49,579 bases of DNA, taken from positions 64,067 through 113,645 of IMG/VR virus record IMGVR_UViG_3300021354_000001; one strand, given 5' to 3'. The stretch comes from a virus. Lineage: Duplodnaviria > Heunggongvirae > Uroviricota > Caudoviricetes. Below, one piece after another: positions 28,314 through 35,633 of the stretch (position 1 is the first letter of the stretch; the number at the start of each line of letters is the position of its first letter). The notes under the pieces are model-generated. The model had not been told where the DNA came from, searched no databases, and saw only the letters and a list, made by a program, of their open reading frames with translations. The translations under genes and the position numbers were made by a program.

Positions 28314-28739
28314 ATGGCAAATAGCAATAATAGATTAAAAGCATATGTACGTTATGATGGTACAGGACGTGTTATAGCAGGTAGTTTAATTCTACAAAGA
28401 TCCAAACCAAAGATTGGTAACTGGCATGAGATTCCTGCACATGAGTGTTGTAATCCTGCTCCTACAGTACTATTATTTAGTCCAAATCTTCCTTATTCAT
28501 ATCCTGCTGTAACTATCTATTGTGATGAAGTGAATGTAGCTTATGCATATGTACAAGATAATACAGAGATTACAACTATAGATCAATTAGTAGAAGCACT
28601 TAATGCAAATGAAAATACTCGTGCATTTGGAACATATTCAAACGCAGGACCAGGAGGTCTTCAATTAACAGTTCCATTATCAGTTAAGAATAACTTATGT
28701 CCTAATGGAATTTTAACGTTTTCATCTCAAGCAGACTAA
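28314..28739 (+). CDS. LKAYVR-module protein with C-terminal beta domain
   Basis: LKAYVRYDGTGRVIAGSLILQRSKPKIGNWHEIPAHECC, paralog of the preceding ORF. Confidence 0.75.
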   Translation: MANSNNRLKAYVRYDGTGRVIAGSLILQRSKPKIGNWHEIPAHECCNPAPTVLLFSPNLPYSYPAVTIYCDEVNVAYAYVQDNTEITTIDQLVEALNANENTRAFGTYSNAGPGGLQLTVPLSVKNNLCPNGILTFSSQAD

Positions 28740-28754
28740 TAAAAACCAAATAAA

Positions 28755-29180
28755 ATGGCAATCAAATCACTATTTCCTGATGAAATGATGGAAAATGCAA
28801 TAGGAAATGCACTTACACTAGAAACAATTTCTGGTAAGCTGTCATATTTCTATGAGCAATTACATCTATTACATTTCCAAACTACATCATTTGCTGAGCA
28901 CGAAGCTTTAGGTAAAATATATGATAAGGTGGGAGATTTTCAAGATGAGATTGTTGAGAAAATTATGGGTTATTCAGGAAGAAGAATCAAAGCATATAAA
29001 ATTGATGTTTTAAAAGATTATTCTTCAGGTGCACCCAATCAAGTGGTAAAAGAATTAGTTTCTTTTGCTAAACAGTTAGAAGAATTTGGAGAGGCTAATA
29101 ACATGCCTGATATTGAAAATGTAGCACAATCCCTATCTGGAGAAGCTGCTCAAACTTTATATCGTCTAACATTGTCTTAA
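28755..29180 (+). CDS. Ferritin/Dps-like four-helix protein (DUF5856-like)
   Basis: QLHLLHFQTTSFAEHEALGKIYD..D..DEIVE pattern; ends LYRLTLS. Confidence 0.75.
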   Translation: MAIKSLFPDEMMENAIGNALTLETISGKLSYFYEQLHLLHFQTTSFAEHEALGKIYDKVGDFQDEIVEKIMGYSGRRIKAYKIDVLKDYSSGAPNQVVKELVSFAKQLEEFGEANNMPDIENVAQSLSGEAAQTLYRLTLS

Positions 29181-29465
29181 ATGCAATTAAGTAAAAAGTT
29201 TTTCCCAGAGGTGATGCAAGATAATGAAACAACTTATTTTGCTCACCTTTTTGGAATTATAGATTCTATTGATGAACTTTCTACATTAGAAATAACTAAA
29301 AATCCTTCAGCATATCACTTTAGGTTGGCAGCATCTCTTCCAAAATATAATGAGATGCTATTAGAAGAGATATTAAAGCTTCACAACATCTTCCAGATAC
29401 ACATTGATATGAGTAAGAGTATTAAAAGCTCTGCTACAATAGTGTTTGAAATCGAATTAAACTAA
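29181..29465 (+). CDS. Hypothetical protein
   Basis: ORF abutting neighbours in the + strand operon. Confidence 0.6.
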   Translation: MQLSKKFFPEVMQDNETTYFAHLFGIIDSIDELSTLEITKNPSAYHFRLAASLPKYNEMLLEEILKLHNIFQIHIDMSKSIKSSATIVFEIELN

Positions 29466-29470
29466 AAAAT

Positions 29471-30358
29471 ATGCCTACATTTATTAAAACAGGATTTTGG
29501 GAGAAAGTAGCTAAAGGTTACAAAGGTTGGTTAAATCTTGATGATTTAATTCATTCTATTGCTAATACAAGTTCATCTAGTAGTAATTTTCCTACAGTAC
29601 AAAAAGAAACAGAAGTATTTAATGATGTTACATTAGCTGGTATAGATATACCAACATATACTAGCATATATTCTACTTCTTTTTTATTTCCAAACTTAAC
29701 AAATGTAATAGATGGTATAAATATTAGTTCAAATAATTCAGATAATTTTCAACTTTTAGATTTTCCAAATCTTGAAACTATTAATGGTAGTTTTTATATG
29801 GATACATCTTCATTAAGAGTATTAAATGTTCCAAAATTAAGTTTTATAAAAAATGCTTTTCAAGTTAGTAATAATTACGTTATGTCAGCATTAGCTCTTT
29901 CTAGTTTAATCACTTTAGGTGATGATCCTTACAGTGATGCTTTTCGTATAGAGAGTTGTAGCGATATAGTAACTATAAACCTATCTAATTTAACCACTGT
30001 AATTGGATTAATTAATATTAATGATTTACAATCTTTAACCACTCTTAATACATCTAGTTTAGAAAGTGTACGAGGTAGTATTATAATAACATATTGTCCT
30101 AATTTAAATACAATTAATTTACCAAACCTTAATACTTTTCTTCCCCCATCAGCTCCAACATTTGATGTTGGTTATAATGGATTAACAGAAACATGCATAA
30201 ATGCATTATTAGCTAAACTTGTAGAAATTGCAACAGTTTATATTACTGTTGATTGGATAATTAAAATGGAAGGAGGAACAAATGCTGCTCCTTCTGGTCA
30301 AGGTATATTAGATGTAGCTACATTAGAAAGCAAGGGTTGCACTGTAACCACAAACTAA
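29471..30358 (+). CDS. Leucine-rich/receptor-L-domain-like beta-solenoid protein with a short N-terminal module
   Basis: Repeats of FPNLTNV / FPNLETI / VPKLSFI / LSNLTTV / LPNLNTF. Confidence 0.65.
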   Translation: MPTFIKTGFWEKVAKGYKGWLNLDDLIHSIANTSSSSSNFPTVQKETEVFNDVTLAGIDIPTYTSIYSTSFLFPNLTNVIDGINISSNNSDNFQLLDFPNLETINGSFYMDTSSLRVLNVPKLSFIKNAFQVSNNYVMSALALSSLITLGDDPYSDAFRIESCSDIVTINLSNLTTVIGLININDLQSLTTLNTSSLESVRGSIIITYCPNLNTINLPNLNTFLPPSAPTFDVGYNGLTETCINALLAKLVEIATVYITVDWIIKMEGGTNAAPSGQGILDVATLESKGCTVTTN

Positions 30359-30359
30359 A

Positions 30360-30392
30360 TTTGGAAAATTAAAATAGTTTTCCCTATCTTTG
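30360..30392 (+). promoter_or_regulatory. Bacteroidota-type promoter
   Basis: TTTG 30360-30363 and TATCTTTG 30385-30392. Confidence 0.7.
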
Positions 30393-30417
30393 TAATTAAA
30401 CCAAAAAAATAAATTAT

Positions 30418-30672
30418 ATGTCAGAAGTAGTAAATGAAAAACCAGCATTTGATCCAAATAAGAAATACACATGGTCAATGGATACAGAATTTGTATTAAG
30501 TGGTAGTGAGTTTGGTCTTGTTTTAAATGCTTTACGTAGCATAGTTAGTACACCAGAAGCTCAATCTATCTTCTTAGCTAATAAAGCTGTAGATATGATT
30601 GAAACAACTCTTGGAAAAGCAATTGAAGCTGGTAGTGTTCAAGAAATAGTTGAGAACAAAGCAAGTTTATAA
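30418..30672 (+). CDS. Hypothetical protein
   Basis: 84-aa ORF after the promoter. Confidence 0.6.
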   Translation: MSEVVNEKPAFDPNKKYTWSMDTEFVLSGSEFGLVLNALRSIVSTPEAQSIFLANKAVDMIETTLGKAIEAGSVQEIVENKASL

Positions 30673-30690
30673 AAAATTAAAAACATTAAT

Positions 30691-30888
30691 ATGGCAACAG
30701 TTAAAAAGTCTGGAGGTAGTCTTTCAGGATTAAAAGCTTCTAATAAGCGTGTAGGTCCTGTAGATCCTAAAGGTGCTTGGACTAAGGTTCAAAAGAAAAC
30801 ATTAGCACATGCTAAAGGAAAAGCTAAGCTTACACCTGATAAAGAGTTAGGTGCTACAAAAATGAAAAGTAAAGCTAAAAGTAAATAA
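30691..30888 (+). CDS. Lys-rich small basic protein (MATVKK family)
   Basis: MATVKKSGG start, very basic. Confidence 0.65.
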   Translation: MATVKKSGGSLSGLKASNKRVGPVDPKGAWTKVQKKTLAHAKGKAKLTPDKELGATKMKSKAKSK

Positions 30889-30890
30889 TC

Positions 30891-31049
30891 ATGGCTACCG
30901 CTAAGAAAGATAAAAAATGGATTCAAAAGGCTGTAAATCCTGCACATAAGGGATTTTGCACACCCCTTTCTAAAGCTACATGTACTCCTAAAAGGAAAGC
31001 ATTAGCTAAGACATTCAAAGCAATGGGTAGAGCTAGAAAAGCAAGCTAA
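30891..31049 (+). CDS. 52-aa basic micro-protein
   Basis: MATAKKDKKWIQKAVNPAHKGFCTPLSKATCTPKRKALAKTFKAMGRARKAS; coupled to the next ORF. Confidence 0.65.
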   Translation: MATAKKDKKWIQKAVNPAHKGFCTPLSKATCTPKRKALAKTFKAMGRARKAS

Positions 31050-31240
31050 TGATATTTGAACCTCAAAATAGGGTGGAAGTTAGTACACCTAAAGGTGATG
31101 GAATAATATGGATGGTTATAGATTATGGTCATGAGACAGATACAATTTACACAGTGATTATAAATGACACTGGTGAATTCTGGCAATTTACTCATAAGAA
31201 TATTAGAGCTAAAAAAAATATAACATTTAATAGAAAATAA
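31049..31240 (+). CDS. Hypothetical small beta protein
   Basis: V.TPKGDG....IDYG.E.D pattern; TAATG coupling. Confidence 0.6.
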   Translation: MIFEPQNRVEVSTPKGDGIIWMVIDYGHETDTIYTVIINDTGEFWQFTHKNIRAKKNITFNRK

Positions 31241-31241
31241 A

Positions 31242-32213
31242 ATGAGTAGAAATCCAAAGTTAAAACCTTATGCAAGATTTTTAAAAAATAATGAAATAGT
31301 ATCAGGAAGTCTTGGTTTATACACTCATGCTCCTACTGTTGGTATTTGGAAGGAAGTTCAACCAATTGAATATTTTAATAAAACTACTAAACATTATAGT
31401 GAGGTAGTTAATGCTACATATCCAAATGCTTTATTAGCTAACAATGTTGCTTATAAATTAGTAAGTTTTCTTGATGGTTTAGGTGCTGATGCATATAATA
31501 CTGTTTTGAATTCTACAGTTTGTTCAGATGATGTTAATGCTTCTGAGTTTGCTAATATATTTAACATAGGTCAAAATCCTCCAGCATTAAATAACTATCT
31601 TGGACCATTTATGGGTGGTGGACTTGCTGGATATCCTCACACAGGTATATTAGGAGCACAAGCTTGGCAAAGTCACACTACATCAGATGATAATGCAAAT
31701 GGACCATTATTATTAATTAACATGCCTCATATAGGAATTACACAACAAGCTGACCTTATTGCAGCTAATGATAATGTAGGTAGAATGTTAAGAAGAGGTA
31801 AGAGTTCTGCTACAGCTGATAATACATGTGGAGCTGTTGCTACAGCTATTGCTGATGCAATTACATTAAATGGTGTTGCACCAGTGGCTACAAATGCTCC
31901 TTTTGTAAACAATTATCAAAGATATCAACTTGCATTAATTGTTTATGCTTCTTATACTTATTATAATACACATACATATTCACAGAATATGATTCAAGCT
32001 ACAGAACTTATAAGAGTTGCAAGTTATAATATATTACATAATACAATTATTCCTGCATTAGGATCTGTAAACAATTTATATTTGTTTAGTGGTACATTTA
32101 TTAATGCTGATGATGGTTATTCTGCATTTATTAATATTAATTCATTAGAAGTAAGAACTGGATCAACTTGGACATCTCTTACAACAAGTTTTTTAAATTT
32201 TGTAAATGGCTAG
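31242..32213 (+). CDS. LKAYVR-like N-terminal module fused to an LCIB/theta-type carbonic anhydrase domain
   Basis: NTVLNSTVCSDD, GGLAGYPHTG..G..A..SH, PHIGI, VGRMLRRG, DNTCGA; Zn ligands Cys94/His163/Cys196 present. Confidence 0.75.
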   Translation: MSRNPKLKPYARFLKNNEIVSGSLGLYTHAPTVGIWKEVQPIEYFNKTTKHYSEVVNATYPNALLANNVAYKLVSFLDGLGADAYNTVLNSTVCSDDVNASEFANIFNIGQNPPALNNYLGPFMGGGLAGYPHTGILGAQAWQSHTTSDDNANGPLLLINMPHIGITQQADLIAANDNVGRMLRRGKSSATADNTCGAVATAIADAITLNGVAPVATNAPFVNNYQRYQLALIVYASYTYYNTHTYSQNMIQATELIRVASYNILHNTIIPALGSVNNLYLFSGTFINADDGYSAFININSLEVRTGSTWTSLTTSFLNFVNG

Positions 32214-32613
32214 TATTAAAAAACCTGGTCCTTATAACCCACAGAAAGCAACAGCTTATGTAGGGAAAGGTGTTCTTAAGAATGGTGGTGGTATCACTCC
32301 TGTTCCTAATGGTCCTTTAGTTAAAAAGAAAGGAGAGTTTAAAGGAAGCACATTAAAAAATGGTGGATCTACACCTGCTTGGACTAGAAAAGAGGGTAAG
32401 AATCCAAAAGGTGGATTGAACGCTAAAGGAAGAGCTTCATACAATGCAGCTAATCCTGGTTCTCATCTTAAAGCTCCTCAACCAGAAGGTGGTCCTCGTA
32501 AGAGATCATTCTGTGCTAGGATGTCAGGAATGAAGAAGAAGCTTACAAGCTCTAAAACAGCTAATGATCCTAATTCACGCATAAATAAAAGTTTGAGAAA
32601 GTGGAAGTGCTAA
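32206..32613 (+). CDS. DUF6321-like basic protein
   Basis: AWTRKEGKNPKGGLNAKGRASYN..RKRSFCARM..SRINKSLRKWKC. Confidence 0.75.
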   Translation: MASIKKPGPYNPQKATAYVGKGVLKNGGGITPVPNGPLVKKKGEFKGSTLKNGGSTPAWTRKEGKNPKGGLNAKGRASYNAANPGSHLKAPQPEGGPRKRSFCARMSGMKKKLTSSKTANDPNSRINKSLRKWKC

Positions 32614-33224
32614 TTAGTAATGAAAATAAACAAAAATACTTTTCTGAAAAACAAAAAGGAGGAGTTATTTATAAAATTACTAATAAGATAGATGGTAAGT
32701 TTTATATAGGAAGTACAAACAATCTGATAAAAAGATATTATACTCATATAAATCATATAAGAACTAATAAAAATACTTGTGTTAAACTAATTAGAGCAGT
32801 TAATAAACATGGAGAAGATAACTTTAAGTTTGAGATTATTTGTGAATGTTCTACAGAAGAAGTTCTTAAATTTGAACAGAAATATTTAGACAGCCTAAAG
32901 CCACATTATAATGTTGCTAAAATTGCTGGAAGTAATCTTGGAATTAAAAGAACACAAGAAGTTAAACTTAAAAAGTCAGTTTCCCAAAAAGAAAATTGGA
33001 AAGATGAGTCTTATAGAGTTAAACATCTAGAAAATTTATCAAAGAACTGGAAAAGTGGAACCAGTCATAAAATGGCTAAACTTACAGAAGAACAAGTAAT
33101 TCAAATTAAAAAACAATTATTAATTGGTCTTCTTCCTAAACAAGTTGCAGATACTCTTAAAGTAAGTTATTACTCTGTAAAAGATATTCATAGAGGAAAA
33201 ACTTGGAAAAATATAATTGTATGA
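32601..33224 (+). CDS. Free-standing GIY-YIG homing endonuclease with C-terminal HTH
   Basis: GVIYKITN..FYIGST..KRY..H..E..Y..YN catalytic module; KLTEEQV..V.DI.RGKTW DNA-binding tail. Confidence 0.88.
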   Translation: MEVLISNENKQKYFSEKQKGGVIYKITNKIDGKFYIGSTNNLIKRYYTHINHIRTNKNTCVKLIRAVNKHGEDNFKFEIICECSTEEVLKFEQKYLDSLKPHYNVAKIAGSNLGIKRTQEVKLKKSVSQKENWKDESYRVKHLENLSKNWKSGTSHKMAKLTEEQVIQIKKQLLIGLLPKQVADTLKVSYYSVKDIHRGKTWKNIIV

Positions 33225-33361
33225 AAAAGAAAGTAAACAAATTAGGAGTTGAAAACTCCCTTTGGAATAACATAAGAGCTGCTAAAGGCTCTGGTAAGAA
33301 ACCTACAACACAAATGCTTAAGCAAGAAAAGAAAATTAAATTACAATCTAAAAAGAAATAA
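33221..33361 (+). CDS. 46-aa basic micro-protein
   Basis: MKKKVNKLGVENSLWNNIRAAKGSGKKPTTQMLKQEKKIKLQSKKK; ATGA overlap with the endonuclease. Confidence 0.6.
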   Translation: MKKKVNKLGVENSLWNNIRAAKGSGKKPTTQMLKQEKKIKLQSKKK

Positions 33362-33363
33362 AA

Positions 33364-33795
33364 ATGGCTACTGTTAAAAAATCAATGAAAAAAGCAGCTC
33401 CTAAGAAAATGATGGCTGCTCCTCAACAATCTGCTCCAATGCAAGCTCCTCCTATGGGTGGTCCAATGATGAAGAAAGGTGGTAAAATGAAAAAGGCACA
33501 AGATGGTACAAGTGTATCAGAATTCTTAGCAAAAAGAAAAGCTGCTTCTAAAGATAGTACACCAAAATATGATAGAGGTGAAGCTATGAAGAAGTATGGT
33601 ATTGCTAAAGGAGAAAGTCAAGCATCTAAAGATAGTACTTCTGCTGCATATGAACCTACTCGTGAAGCAGGTATGAAATCAATGGGATATAGTAAGAACA
33701 AACCTGCAGGTTATAAAGCAGGTGGTAAAATAGCTAAAGCTATGAAAGTGGTAAAAGCTGTTAAAGCTGTTAAAAAAGCAATTAAATCTAAATAA
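33364..33795 (+). CDS. Lys-rich GG-motif protein
   Basis: MATVKK, MKKGG, KKAQDG, YKAGG. Confidence 0.7.
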   Translation: MATVKKSMKKAAPKKMMAAPQQSAPMQAPPMGGPMMKKGGKMKKAQDGTSVSEFLAKRKAASKDSTPKYDRGEAMKKYGIAKGESQASKDSTSAAYEPTREAGMKSMGYSKNKPAGYKAGGKIAKAMKVVKAVKAVKKAIKSK

Positions 33796-33797
33796 TT

Positions 33798-34043
33798 ATG
33801 GCAACTATTAAGAAGCTTGCAAAAGCACAAATGGGAAAAGATGTTCCTAAAGACAAAGCTAGAACAGAAATGGGTGATCTTGTTGATAGAAAAGAATTCT
33901 TAAAAAGACAAGATTCTATGGCTGATAATCTAGATAGACTATCTGGGAAAGGTAAATATGCTCCTAAAGCTAATCCTGCTATCAATAACAAACCTGTTGT
34001 TAAAAAACCTATGAAAATGGGTGGTAAAATGAAAAAGAAATAA
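33798..34043 (+). CDS. Lys-rich GG-motif protein
   Basis: MATIKK, KAQMG, MKMGGKMKKK. Confidence 0.7.
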   Translation: MATIKKLAKAQMGKDVPKDKARTEMGDLVDRKEFLKRQDSMADNLDRLSGKGKYAPKANPAINNKPVVKKPMKMGGKMKKK

Positions 34044-34064
34044 AAACTAATAAAATTAATTAAT

Positions 34065-34523
34065 ATGGCAACTATTAAAAAATCTATAAAAAAGATTAAA
34101 AAAGCTCAAAATGGTGCACCAATACGTAACGGTGAACGAACTGCAGATAGTTCAAATTATTATACCAAAAAAATATTGGATAATATAGAAGCAGGTTCTA
34201 ATCTTAGAAAAGCAGGGGTTAGTGAAAAAAATCTTGCTGGATATACAAGAGAGGCTATCAAAGCAGAAGATAATTTAGACAGACAAAGTTATAAAGGAAT
34301 GGCTGGTTTTGATAAAAATGGATTTCCTGTACTTAAGAAAAAAAATGGTGGTAAAATGGCAAAAGCAAAATCTGGTGGTTCATTTCCTGATTTAAACAAA
34401 GATGGTAAAATCACCAAAGCTGATATTCTTAAAGGACGTGGTGTTATTGCTAAGAAAGGTGCAAAGGTTGGAAAAGCTAAAATGGGATGTATGTCTTGTG
34501 GTGGCAAAATGAAAAAGAAATAA
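34065..34523 (+). CDS. Lys-rich GG-motif protein with an EF-hand-like DLNKDG loop
   Basis: MATIKK, KKAQNG, KNGG, KSGG, FPDLNKDGKITKADILKGRG, GGKMKKK. Confidence 0.7.
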   Translation: MATIKKSIKKIKKAQNGAPIRNGERTADSSNYYTKKILDNIEAGSNLRKAGVSEKNLAGYTREAIKAEDNLDRQSYKGMAGFDKNGFPVLKKKNGGKMAKAKSGGSFPDLNKDGKITKADILKGRGVIAKKGAKVGKAKMGCMSCGGKMKKK

Positions 34524-34546
34524 TTAATAATTTAAAATAAAATAAA

Positions 34547-34822
34547 ATGGCTATTGCTAAAAAAGTTAAGAAATATCAAACTGGTGGTAATATAGGTGGT
34601 TCTTCTGCATCTAAAGGTCCTAAACAAACTGCAGCTCAAGATAGTGCTACAAATAAAAAAATGAATAGTGCAGTTAAATCATCTATTGGAGATGATTTTA
34701 AAAAAGCAGGAATGATACCTATAAGTGATACTGCTGGTATGAGAAAAGCAGGTATAGATATAAATAAAAGATACAAAGCTGGTGGCAAAGTTGTTAAAAA
34801 AGTAGTTTCTAAAAAGAAATAA
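34547..34822 (+). CDS. Lys-rich GG-motif protein
   Basis: MAIAKK, KYQTGG, RYKAGG. Confidence 0.7.
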   Translation: MAIAKKVKKYQTGGNIGGSSASKGPKQTAAQDSATNKKMNSAVKSSIGDDFKKAGMIPISDTAGMRKAGIDINKRYKAGGKVVKKVVSKKK

Positions 34823-34823
34823 T

Positions 34824-35000
34824 ATGGCAGTAAAAGCTATGACAGCTGGTAAAGCTAAGAAATCAGGTGCACCTCGTAAGGCACCAAAGGTAGCTCCTCC
34901 TAAACCTATCAATGGTAATTATATGAAGGAGAGTGACAGTCCTAAGACCAAAGGAAAATCTCCTATGGCTCCTATGACTGGTAAAAAGTTATCAAAATGA
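34824..35000 (+). CDS. 58-aa Lys/Pro-rich micro-protein
   Basis: MAVKAMTAGKAKKSGAPRKAPKVAPPKPINGNYMKE..; 1-nt gap after the upstream stop. Confidence 0.6.
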   Translation: MAVKAMTAGKAKKSGAPRKAPKVAPPKPINGNYMKESDSPKTKGKSPMAPMTGKKLSK

Positions 35001-35086
35001 TCTGTGCTGTACATGAGATTCTTCTCATTGAAGGAGAATGTCCTAAATGTATGGAACAAAGTAATAAAAAGGCCCCTATAAATTAG
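34997..35086 (+). CDS. 29-aa Cys/His micro-peptide (possible Zn knuckle)
   Basis: MICAVHEILLIEGECPKCMEQSNKKAPIN (CxxH..CxxC); ATGA coupling. Confidence 0.4.
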   Translation: MICAVHEILLIEGECPKCMEQSNKKAPIN

Positions 35087-35095
35087 GGGCTTTTT
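35066..35095. terminator. Bidirectional intrinsic terminator at the convergence of the late and replication blocks
   Basis: AAAAAG-GCCCCTA-TAAAT-TAGGGGC-TTTTT. Confidence 0.85.
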
Positions 35096-35632
35096 CTATT
35101 TCTTTATTCCCCAAAAATATAAATCTTGAGGCCATGTTTCTCTAGCAATAAATTCATGCTCAGAGAAATGGTTTTCCATATCTATCTCTTCACGAACATC
35201 TTGTTCTGTGAGATTCATGTAATAATCATTTTCTATTAAGGATGTAAATGGAGAGTCTTGAGGACTTGTTCTACGTGTACCATGTTCAGGTCTTCCTGTT
35301 GTAGCACAGCTAAACAAAAACACTCCCCCTAGTTTAGTTAAAGCAATACAGTTTTTAATTGTATCCTTCCAGAACTCATCATGTTCAAAGCACTCAGCTG
35401 ATATAACAATATCAAATCCTTCAGAGTCTTTGAATTCATGTCCTCTACATACAATATCTACATTCTTTCCTGCACCAATATCTACACCAATGTATTTATA
35501 ATCTGTAAATAAATATCTATTGTTTCCATTAATATCTAATGAACCAATATCTAGCACTCTACAATTAACAAACTTTTCAGGAAACTTATCTTTTACATAT
35601 GTCATGAATGTTCTTTGTTCTGGATGTGCCAT
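35096..35632 (-). CDS. Class I SAM-dependent methyltransferase
   Basis: VLDIGSLDING, GVDIGAGKNVD, FDIVISAECFEHD. Confidence 0.85.
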   Translation of the reverse strand: MAHPEQRTFMTYVKDKFPEKFVNCRVLDIGSLDINGNNRYLFTDYKYIGVDIGAGKNVDIVCRGHEFKDSEGFDIVISAECFEHDEFWKDTIKNCIALTKLGGVFLFSCATTGRPEHGTRRTSPQDSPFTSLIENDYYMNLTEQDVREEIDMENHFSEHEFIARETWPQDLYFWGIKK

Positions 35633-35633
35633 T

